Source: Armatimonadota bacterium (GTDB lineage: Bacteria; Armatimonadota; Fimbriimonadia; Fimbriimonadales; GBS-DC). Taken from it: a stretch of 51,351 nucleotides of DNA. Of the stretch, positions 8,921-17,416 are shown one piece after another. Below the pieces are notes generated by a model, which saw nothing but the letters and a program-made list of their open reading frames with translations, was not told the DNA's origin and searched no databases. The first letter of the stretch is position 1; each line of letters opens with the position of its first letter. The position numbers and the translations under genes are program-made. The stretch is from NCBI GenBank assembly GCA_037445735.1, contig JBBIJY010000021.1, positions 1 to 51,351 of the forward strand, given 5' to 3'.

Positions 8921-10507
8921 CTACGAATCTATCTGGACGCTGGTGGTCAGCACCTGCATGTCGGCGACGGCGATTTCGTCGGGCGGGTGAGAAAGCAGCA
9001 CCCATCGCGCCTGCGTGCCAGGCGCAAGCGTGCCCAGCTCGGCGTCGCGCGTGGCGTATGCGCTCCCCACTGTGAAAAGGCGCAGGGCAGTAAGCGGGTC
9101 GAGCGCCTCATCGGGCAGCAGGCAGGTTCCGTCGCGGCTGGTGCGCGTGACGGCAGCCCGCCAGCCGAGGATAGGATCGCCCGGCACCACAGGCTGGTCC
9201 GAGCTGAAGGCGACGGCGATGCCGCGCTGCAGCCAGCTGCGGTAGGGCATCAGAACCTTCGCGCGCTCGCCCAGCGCGCGCAGGTAGGCGGCGGTGAGCC
9301 ACCACAAAAATTCGGGCTGGGGCACAGCGACCACGCCCAGCGCCTGCATCTGGGCCAGCAGGTCGTCCGCCATCAGCATCGCATGTTCGATACGGTGGCG
9401 GTGGTCGGCTCGCGGCACAGCCTGCAACGCGCGCTGATAGCCCTGCAACACCAGCTCAATCGCGCGGTCGCCAATCGCATGGACGGCACACTGCCAGCCT
9501 GCACGATGCACCTTCAGAATGCGCTCCATCAGCTCGTCGGGTTCGTACATCAGCGTGCCTGTGGTGCCCGTGTCGGCATAGGGTTCGCGCACGGCAGCGG
9601 TGCGCGTGGTGAGTGCGCCGTCGGCGAAAAGTTTGATGGCGCCCCAGCGCAGGTCGGGATGCGGACCGGGCGGCTCGGGTGAGAAGCCGGTCGCCTCGCC
9701 TGCCTGTTCATGGCGGTCGAGCCAGCCAGCGTTCAGGGCGGCATCGTACAGGGGCATCAGCGTGAGGCGCACGGGCGCACCCTGCTCCAGCGCACGCGCA
9801 TAGGCGTTGACCTCCTCCTGCAGGTCGAGCCAGCCCGTGCTGGCGTCGGACGCTGCCAGAATGCCCCGTCGCGCAAGGTCGTCCATCGCGCGTCGGGCAG
9901 CCGCCGCCAGTTCCGCGCCGGTGGGTTTGGGGATATGGCGCGACACGAGGCTCACTGCGCTCTCCAGCAGGATGCCGGTCGGCTCGCCGCGCTCATCCCG
10001 CACGATGATGCCGTCGGGGGGGTCAGGCGTCTCGCGCGTGATGCCCGCTATCGCCAGCGCACGGCTGTTCACCGCCGCGCCATGCTTGCTCACATGGTTG
10101 AGAAAGATGGGTCGCTCGCGGCTGACGGCATCCAGTTCGTGACGGGTCAGGTGGCGCCGCTCCTGAAGCAGGTTCTGGTCATAGGCGCGTCCCAGAATCC
10201 AGGGCGCGTCGGGGTTCTGCGCTGCCCATTCGCGCAGGCGCTGCTGGATTTCGGGGATAGAGGTGCAGCCGCGCAGGTCGGCTTTGCCCAGATCGATGCC
10301 AAGCGACAGCACATGGCAATGGCAGTCGTTGAAGGCGGGCACAATCGCGCCGCCATCCAGACGGACGCGCTTCGCCTGCGGGTAGCGGGCGCCCAGCTCC
10401 GCGCGCTCGCCGACCGCCACGACACGCCCATTCTGAACCACCATCGCCTCCGCAATCGGGACAGGCTCCCAGAAGGTGTAGATGGGCACTCCCTCAATAA
10501 GCTGCAT
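8921..10507 (-). CDS. Amidohydrolase family 3 (YtcJ-like) metal-dependent hydrolase
   Basis: PAFNDCHCH, KLFADGAL, VHAIGDRA, RIEHA and FSSDQP motifs. Confidence 0.9.
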   Translation of the reverse strand: MQLIEGVPIYTFWEPVPIAEAMVVQNGRVVAVGERAELGARYPQAKRVRLDGGAIVPAFNDCHCHVLSLGIDLGKADLRGCTSIPEIQQRLREWAAQNPDAPWILGRAYDQNLLQERRHLTRHELDAVSRERPIFLNHVSKHGAAVNSRALAIAGITRETPDPPDGIIVRDERGEPTGILLESAVSLVSRHIPKPTGAELAAAARRAMDDLARRGILAASDASTGWLDLQEEVNAYARALEQGAPVRLTLMPLYDAALNAGWLDRHEQAGEATGFSPEPPGPHPDLRWGAIKLFADGALTTRTAAVREPYADTGTTGTLMYEPDELMERILKVHRAGWQCAVHAIGDRAIELVLQGYQRALQAVPRADHRHRIEHAMLMADDLLAQMQALGVVAVPQPEFLWWLTAAYLRALGERAKVLMPYRSWLQRGIAVAFSSDQPVVPGDPILGWRAAVTRTSRDGTCLLPDEALDPLTALRLFTVGSAYATRDAELGTLAPGTQARWVLLSHPPDEIAVADMQVLTTSVQIDS

Positions 10508-11711
10508 GCGAACCCTCCTGTGCGATGGGCATCGGGTAGCGCAGGAGCGCGCTCACACCCTGTATCGCGCTCCGCCCCTCTGCCGACTGAACCGGCTCCA
10601 CCTGGGCGCCCTGCTCCAGCGCCCGCTCGATAATCGTGTCCACAATATCGGGCATCTGCCAGATGAGTTCGGTGTCGGGCGGTGCTTCGTCGGCTGCGAC
10701 GCCGAGCAGCCCCGACGGGTAGAACAGATAGCCTGGCGTGCTGTAGTCGGTGTCGTACAGGAGCGTGCGCACATTACCCCACTGCAGCGCCTGCAGTACG
10801 GCGTCCAGCCCCAGCGCCACGCGGTCGGGCGCGCTCTCCTGCAACGCCTGCACCAGCGCCTGCTCCTGCTCCCGATCCAGCTCCATGAGCCGATCCAGCA
10901 CGCGCTCGTACAGTTCGTTGATGGGCGTTTTATCGCTGGCGGGAATGCGCCCCGCGTAGATGCGGCGCACATAATCGTGCAGATAATCAGGGAACGCGCT
11001 GGCGAGGTCGTCGGGCGCGGCAATCAGCAGGCGGTCAAATGGATGCGTGCGCCGAATCTCCAGAATCGTGCCTGCGATATGGCGCAGGTGCTGCTGCTGT
11101 TCGTGCAGTTTGAGCATCTGCACATTATGCTCGCCCATACCGTGAATGCCGCGCAGACCGCCCGGTGTGCGCACGGCATAGACGCCGGGCGGCAGCACCT
11201 CGCGCTCGCGCCGAAACCGAAACGATTCCACCTCACGGATGCCCTGCGTGTCCACCAGATAGAACATCGCGTCGCGGTGGTCGAACACGGCAAGCAGGTT
11301 CGTGCCGAAGTCGGTCTCCACCGCGATCAGGCGGCGCACATAGGGCGTGCGATCGACCACGAGCGTGTTGCGCTCCACATAGGGTAGCGGCACGGCTTCG
11401 AACAGCCCTTTCGCCGAGCAGACAAACGCCGCCATCCCGCGCACGGGCAACGAGTTCTGACCCAGCGTGTTGGACGGCTCCTCAAAGAACGCCTCCAGCT
11501 GCTTGAAGTCGTTCTCCACCGATTCACGCGCCGCCCGCTCCATCGGCTGGCCAGCCAGCCAGTGGCGCAGTTGATTGACCATCGTCTTGAGCCGAATGCG
11601 GTAGCCGGGCGGTCGCTCCGCACGCTCCTGCGGCAACAGAGTCAAATAAAGCGAGGTTACAAAGTATCTATCCGCCTGAAACTGCAGCAGTTGCTGATAG
11701 ATGCGTCGCAT
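10494..11711 (-). CDS. Bacterial archaeo-eukaryotic release factor 1-like protein (baeRF1 family)
   Basis: VTSLYL, RGMAAF, PYVRRL, GLDAVLQALQWGNVRTLL and GVSALLRY fit the aeRF1/pelota-type domain layout; no GGQ. Confidence 0.75.
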   Translation of the reverse strand: MRRIYQQLLQFQADRYFVTSLYLTLLPQERAERPPGYRIRLKTMVNQLRHWLAGQPMERAARESVENDFKQLEAFFEEPSNTLGQNSLPVRGMAAFVCSAKGLFEAVPLPYVERNTLVVDRTPYVRRLIAVETDFGTNLLAVFDHRDAMFYLVDTQGIREVESFRFRREREVLPPGVYAVRTPGGLRGIHGMGEHNVQMLKLHEQQQHLRHIAGTILEIRRTHPFDRLLIAAPDDLASAFPDYLHDYVRRIYAGRIPASDKTPINELYERVLDRLMELDREQEQALVQALQESAPDRVALGLDAVLQALQWGNVRTLLYDTDYSTPGYLFYPSGLLGVAADEAPPDTELIWQMPDIVDTIIERALEQGAQVEPVQSAEGRSAIQGVSALLRYPMPIAQEGSHAAY

Positions 11712-11735
11712 GGGTCTCTCCTCCTCAGCTGCGGT

Positions 11736-12485
11736 TCATGCTCCGTCGAAAGGATACCCCAAGGCGGGACGAAGCACGATTTCGTCGCCCTGCAGTTCGA
11801 CCTCTATCTGCCCCAGTCGCCACAGTTCCAGCATTGCCAGAAAGTAGACCAGCAGTTCCAGAACAGTTCTGGCAGGTTGGGCGACGGCTTCGAAGGGCTG
11901 GGGCGCGTTCGCGCGTTGCAGACGCTCCTGAATCGCCACCATGCAGGCGTGGATGGAGAAGTAGCGTCGTTCAGGGATGGCGTCGGGCATTGGCGTCCAG
12001 CGCTGGAGCAGGCGGCGCAGGGCGAGCCAGAGCTGGTCGGGCAGGGCGGCACCCCACTCTAACGGCAGCTCATACGCCGCCGGGTCCGGCGATTCGCCGC
12101 GAAAGAAGATTGGCGCCTGTGCCTGCTCGCGCCCCTGCAAAAAGGCGATCAGGGGCTGATACCGTTCGGGTAGGCTGATGGCGAGCGGTTCCAACTCCGC
12201 TTCAGGTTCGACGGGCGGCGGCGCGGGACTCAGCAGCCGTTCGGCTTTGCGCTCCATCAGGTTCGCCAGCACCGCCAGCGCGTCCGCCGCCTCGTCCAGA
12301 TCGCCCACCGTGCGCCAGTAGTCATAGCACGCCTGCGCAATCGGCGCGAGCGCGACCTCCAGCACATCGAGCTTCTGCCGACGGATGAGCGTCAGCAGCC
12401 AGCCGAGCGTGCCCGCCCCCAGCGGCAGCTGCAGGGGCACGCGCGGCGGCGACCATTCCGGTTGACCAATCGCAAAGCGGCGCAT
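11736..12485 (-). CDS. scpA: Segregation and condensation protein A (divergent)
   Basis: N-terminal GTLGWLLTLIRRQKLDV resembles GPLDLLL.LI; C-terminal winged helix VYFLAMLEL. Confidence 0.72.
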   Translation of the reverse strand: MRRFAIGQPEWSPPRVPLQLPLGAGTLGWLLTLIRRQKLDVLEVALAPIAQACYDYWRTVGDLDEAADALAVLANLMERKAERLLSPAPPPVEPEAELEPLAISLPERYQPLIAFLQGREQAQAPIFFRGESPDPAAYELPLEWGAALPDQLWLALRRLLQRWTPMPDAIPERRYFSIHACMVAIQERLQRANAPQPFEAVAQPARTVLELLVYFLAMLELWRLGQIEVELQGDEIVLRPALGYPFDGA

Positions 12486-12504
12486 CCGGGCGTATCATAC
12501 CCGC

Positions 12505-14495
12505 TTAGCACCCGCTGCCGAAGTTCATCAACACCTCCAGCAGGTCGGCATCCTCCACCACGCCGTTGTGGTCAAGGTCCGCAGGCAGTTGCGAACCCGT
12601 TTGACCAAAGGTGAACAGAACCTGCATCAGGTCCTGGTCATTCACGCAGCCGTCGCGTGTCACATCCCCATGCAGGGGGCTGCGCTGTTCGGGTGTGAGC
12701 TGGGCAATCCAGCCCTCCACTTCGGGCGAGAGCTGCCCGGTGCCCGATAGCGCGACGGTGGGCTGAATCCAGCCGTCATGCACCATCGGGAGCGGTTTGA
12801 CGCCCTGCCGCCCGTGCCGTCCGTAACGCCGGCGCCCGGGCTACCGTTCGCCAGCAGGATGGTTCCAGCCACCACAGCATCATGCGCATCGCCATCCCCG
12901 TTGGGATCGGGATCAACGATGCTCAGCACATTGGCGTGTTGACTGGTTACATAGGCATAGTAGCCGCCACCCAGCCTGGCGCCCCAGTTAACGCCGTGTG
13001 TCCCGCGCGGCGTGCCCAGAAAGGCGACCACCTCGTCGGTGCGGGTATCAATCACCGCCACATGATCCGCGCTCCCTGTGCGCGACCGCGGCACCGTGGT
13101 CAGCGACAGAACCGCGCACACGACGAACCGCTCGTCGGGGCTAACCGGGGTCTGGATCGGAACCTGCAGCGTGTGGAACAGGTCGAAGCCCGTCTGCCCA
13201 TCGGGCGTCAGCGTCACGGGAATGTTCTTGAGCAGGCGCATGTGGTCCACATCGACCACCGTCACCATGCCGGAGACCACATTTGCCACATAGGCTTTGT
13301 GGACGCCGTTCACATGGCACTCGCCCACGGCAAGGGGCATCAGCAGCGCGGATCGGAGCGGGTCGCTGGGATCGAAGGTAAACTCGCGCAGCACAGCGCC
13401 GCTGAGCGTGTCGATAATGCTGATGGAGCCTGCCACGCCCAGCCCTTTAAAGACATTTGGCACGATCGTGCGCCGACCGTCGCCACAGGTCAGCCAGTGC
13501 CCATGCGGATGGTTCCTGCCCGCCCCGGTCGGGTCACTATCCATGATGCGCAGGCGCGTGCCACTATCCGCCACCTTGACCATGTTGTTCTCCGCGCTGA
13601 GCGGAATGACCAGCCAGCCACGTTGCGACGACCCGCGCGTGGGAATGGTGATTATATGGGTGGGCGCCTCTCCCACCGTGATCGATTCGAGAATCGTGCC
13701 AGTGGCGCGGTCGATCTTGTTAATCCATTTGCCGAACCAGTTCGAGTTGTAGATGGTGCTGAGCGTGAAATCCGCCCACATGTTGTGCGGGTTGTTCCAC
13801 CTGCCGCCAGCGCGGCGCCCATCGATTTCGCGTTCCACGCGGAAGGTGGCAGCATCCACCACTGTGATGGTGCCAGGCTTGGGCACGCCCCGCTCATCCG
13901 TCTGGTTGGGCACACGCTCGAACTGGGTGTTAACCCAGACCTCACCGACGCCAGGGGTGGTCGGTCGGCGCTCTGCGGAGGCGTCGCGAATCTCCCACTT
14001 CGCTGCCTTCGCCTCGTCGGTCGGGGCGACCGTGGTCAATACCGCCAGCACCTCCAGTGCCGAAAGCGATTCCAGCCCGAGATGGCTCAAAAACGGGAGC
14101 GCCTGAGCCGACACAGGCGGAATGTTGCCCTGCGCGTCCCGAACCGCCACCACGCCGGTCATATAGGGGTGCACCTTGCACACGAACACATAGACGCCCG
14201 GCACATCGAACTCCACTGAGAGCTGACCGTTCTGAGGCTGATCCTGGTCCATCGCCACACGCGAGTTCGGTGGCTTGATAAGCAGGGTCACTGTGTGGCG
14301 GGTGTTGGTGCAGCAGTTGCTGATCACGAAGTCCACACGGTCGCCAGGGTTCACAATCGTCACAGGAGTGCCTGTCCGCTCACTGCGGAACCAGTTGCCC
14401 GGCTCATCGGTTAAGTGCATCACATCGGCGCTATCACTCCATCCGGGCGATGCGGTCAGCCAGAGCAGCGCCGCCAAACCAGCCAGTTTATGCAT
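12505..14495 (-). pseudogene. Secreted cupredoxin + His-rich beta-propeller + dockerin-like protein, split by a 1-nt frameshift at about 12807 (real or sequencing error)
   Basis: Signal peptide and type-1 Cu site (H...CKVHPYM) in ORF 12660-14495. One extra C joins GTGG to QGVKPLPMVHDGWIQ, which runs into ORF 12505-12786 ending in the dockerin-like ...NFGSGC. Confidence 0.75.
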
Positions 14496-14537
14496 GGTGT
14501 CCCTCCTCTTCGCAGGGGGCTTACCCCTCTGGGGGAG

Positions 14538-14562
14538 AACGAATCGCGCGCCCGAAAGTTCC
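14538..14562 (-). promoter_or_regulatory. Putative ECF-sigma promoter GGAAC-N16-CGTT
   Basis: Same geometry as the motif at 2353-2378; about 40 nt upstream of the cupredoxin gene start. Confidence 0.55.
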
Positions 14563-14603
14563 CCATGCCAGGGAGGGAACGAAACGGGTTGCTGGCTGCC
14601 GTG

Positions 14604-15539
14604 CTATCCCTGCACAATCGCGGCGGTGAGTTCCGCAGCCTCCGCTTCAGCTTCCTCCGTCTCGCGATACAGCTGTTCCAGGCTCAGGCGGCGGGCACGC
14701 GCCAGCCGATTCTCGCGCCGAATGTACTGCTCCATCGCGTAGTTGATGAACTCCTCTTTCTCCAGCCCGAACGGCATGTTCGGCTCGTACGGCTCGAAGG
14801 TCTCCTGCACCACGCCGAGCGCGTAGGGCAACAGCTCGTTCATCTTCGCCTGAATGGCGTTCCATACGGGGTCGCCATGCTCGGCGATCAGGCGCGAGAG
14901 CAGGTAGACGCCGAACGCGATATGGCGCGCCTCGTCCTGCATCATCTTGCCGATGCCCTGCACCAGACCGGGCATCCTCTGCTGACGCTTATAGACCGAG
15001 TAGAAGCCATAATAGCCCGTTTCTGCCAGCACGCCCTCCACAATCATGTTGTAGACCACCGACGCCTCCGCCTGCGCAATCGGCGAGGGATCCGTTAGCA
15101 GGCGAGCCATGGCTTGCGGCAGCGCCTCGTAGAAGATGGCGCGATAAGACGGCGTGTGATAGCGCGACAGGTCTTCGCCCTGCACGCCCGCCACCTCCGT
15201 CAGGAAGCGGTTCATGAACTCCACATGCTTGGCTTCCTCAAACAGGAACGAAGTGAGGAAAATCTCCTCTTCGAGGCGCTCTTCGCGGGCAATCACCTGA
15301 ATGAGGGGCAGCAGGTCGAGCGTCACACTCTCCTCGCCCGCCTGAAAGAGCGCGATGAGGCGCAGGGTGGCGTCTTTCTGATCCTCGGTGAAGGTCTGCC
15401 AGTCGGCGCGATCCTGAGTCAGATCGATCGCCGCGGGGTCCCAGACACCCAGCTTTTTGGCTTTCTGGAACATCTTCATCGCGGGATGGTTGCGGTTCAA
15501 CCCCCGCGCACTGGTGGTCAAAAAGTGCGTGTGCCTCAT
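14604..15539 (-). CDS. R2-like ligand-binding oxidase (Mn/Fe R2lox; ribonucleotide reductase R2 homolog)
   Basis: KAKKLGVWDP, FQAGEESVTLDLLPL, EEAKH, YNMIVEGVLAETGY, DEARHIAFG. Confidence 0.9.
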   Translation of the reverse strand: MRHTHFLTTSARGLNRNHPAMKMFQKAKKLGVWDPAAIDLTQDRADWQTFTEDQKDATLRLIALFQAGEESVTLDLLPLIQVIAREERLEEEIFLTSFLFEEAKHVEFMNRFLTEVAGVQGEDLSRYHTPSYRAIFYEALPQAMARLLTDPSPIAQAEASVVYNMIVEGVLAETGYYGFYSVYKRQQRMPGLVQGIGKMMQDEARHIAFGVYLLSRLIAEHGDPVWNAIQAKMNELLPYALGVVQETFEPYEPNMPFGLEKEEFINYAMEQYIRRENRLARARRLSLEQLYRETEEAEAEAAELTAAIVQG

Positions 15540-15607
15540 GCCTGAATTATACCTCCTACGCTGACGGAAGAGAGATCGGTCACCGGCAGGTCGACAGGCA
15601 GGCGTGG

Positions 15608-17371
15608 CTAACTCTCACTGCCGAAGTCGAATAGAACCAGCAGCAGGTCGGTCTCGTCGACCGCGCCGTCGAGGTTCACATCGGCAGCAGGGTCCGCGTC
15701 AGGTGCGCCGAGCGCGAGCAATACGCGCATCAGATCGCTCTCGCCCACAGCGCCATCGCCATCCACATCCGATAAATAGATCACAACGGGCAGTTCGCCC
15801 TCAATACAGCGTTCGGGCGGGGTATCGGGTGACCAGAGGAAGTTGCCGCAGTTGTAGGGCGAGCAGATGGGCGTGCGGTTGGGCGGGATCGTGCCCACAC
15901 TCGCCGTGCCCAGAATCGGCGGACCCGCGTAGCCCAGGCCGCCGACCCTGCAGTTCAAGTCCACCTGCAGGGGCTGACCGCTGAGCCGAACGGCGTCGTT
16001 GTTCAGCACCTGTCGCCGCGCCCCCAGCGTCAGCGTGCTGCCCGACACCGTCACCTCCCGAATCTCATAGTGGAGGTGGGGACCGGTGGAGCTGCCCGTG
16101 CTGCCCAGCCGCGCAATCGGCTGACCCGCTGCCACCCGCGTGCCGTTGTCCGTCAGGAAATAGTTCAGATGAGCATAGATGGTCGCCAGATAGGTGTTGC
16201 TGGCGCCGCTGACGCTTACATCGCTCAGCACAATCACATAGTTGCCATAGCCTGTGCAGCCGCTCTGCGCACGGTTGTAGGCGCGTCCCGCGTGGGAGGC
16301 GACCAGCACCTCGTCGCAGTCCTGCAGCCAGCCGCTGGTGTAGGGGCAACTGGTTCGGGGCGACGCAGCGCGGTTGAAATCGACCGCGTTCAGCATGTTG
16401 CCGCCGCCGTGCCCGTCGTAGGTGGAGGGCGTCCAGTATTGACCCTGACGCCACGGCGCCACCAGATTCTGCAAAAACTGCTCCTCACTGCTGCGATAGA
16501 CGGCACGCAGGCGCTCGCTCTGGCTCAGGTAGAGCGTGATGGTGCGACTGATGGTGTAGGGTGCGCCGTTGCGTTCCCACTGCACGAACAGGCTGCCGTC
16601 AGGCGCGGTCTCTGGCGCGGTGAGCGTTATCGAAGCGCCGCTCACATACATCAGCGTCGCGGGCGGGCTGATGGCGCCCGATGCGGGACTGCCCTGCAAA
16701 TCGCGCGGGCTGACCGTGATGGCGACATCGCTCGCGCTCGATTCGAGGCTCAGGCTGTAAATCGGGCGCACATCGCCAATCTTCGTGAGGTAGACCCCGC
16801 TGAACAGGCGCGAATCGGCTGACCAGCCCACCTGACCCCCGTTCGAATCGTCCCAGCGAATCTTCCACCAGACCAGCCGATTGGCGGTGTCGATTACCAC
16901 CTGATACGCCCAGCCCGTTGCGCCCGCAGACTTCTGCGTCAGAATGCCGTAGTTCAGCCCGGGACCGGTGCGCACATTCAGGGGGTTGCCATCGGGCGTG
17001 ACCTGCACGGGGTACGCGCCCGAAGTGGTGATGTTCGGATAAATACCCGCGCCTGGCAGGGGCAGCAGCTGCTGACGGTTCAGCCGTCGCCCGGCAGACC
17101 AGCCGCGCTGCCCATTTGACCATTCAATCAGCCACCATGCGGTTCGGTCGCAGAGGTCGGGTGCAGTCAGCACAAGCCCATCGGCGCCAGCGGGCGGACC
17201 CACCTCGCGCACAGAGCCGCACGCACGCGCATGCACCCACAGCCGATGTCCGAGCAGCGTGATACCCACACGGTCGCCCAGCTGGATGCTCTGCGCCCAT
17301 GCGAGGGTCAGCATCCCGCCTATCAGCAGCAGAAGCCCAACGCAATATCTGCCCGTCACCTTTCGCCCCAT
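15608..17371 (-). CDS. Secreted SH3b-domain / M23 peptidase with C-terminal dockerin-like domain
   Basis: LNVRTGPG (SH3b); H..AVDF, GYGNYV, YAHL and GSTGSSTGPHLHYE (M23); C-terminal DVDGDG...DVNLDGAVDETDLLLVLFDFG. Confidence 0.82.
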   Translation of the reverse strand: MGRKVTGRYCVGLLLLIGGMLTLAWAQSIQLGDRVGITLLGHRLWVHARACGSVREVGPPAGADGLVLTAPDLCDRTAWWLIEWSNGQRGWSAGRRLNRQQLLPLPGAGIYPNITTSGAYPVQVTPDGNPLNVRTGPGLNYGILTQKSAGATGWAYQVVIDTANRLVWWKIRWDDSNGGQVGWSADSRLFSGVYLTKIGDVRPIYSLSLESSASDVAITVSPRDLQGSPASGAISPPATLMYVSGASITLTAPETAPDGSLFVQWERNGAPYTISRTITLYLSQSERLRAVYRSSEEQFLQNLVAPWRQGQYWTPSTYDGHGGGNMLNAVDFNRAASPRTSCPYTSGWLQDCDEVLVASHAGRAYNRAQSGCTGYGNYVIVLSDVSVSGASNTYLATIYAHLNYFLTDNGTRVAAGQPIARLGSTGSSTGPHLHYEIREVTVSGSTLTLGARRQVLNNDAVRLSGQPLQVDLNCRVGGLGYAGPPILGTASVGTIPPNRTPICSPYNCGNFLWSPDTPPERCIEGELPVVIYLSDVDGDGAVGESDLMRVLLALGAPDADPAADVNLDGAVDETDLLLVLFDFGSES

Positions 17372-17416
17372 CGCTCCAGGTGAATTATACACAAATGCGC
17401 GGGCACGGAACGCACC

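Noticed and set aside
12660-12806. C-terminal ~48 aa of the 611-aa ORF
   Set aside because: Out-of-frame read-through after the frameshift; the alternative frame encodes the recognisable tag.
14604-15539. Ribonucleotide reductase beta subunit (nrdB/nrdF)
   Set aside because: No R1 gene nearby, and the motifs match R2lox.
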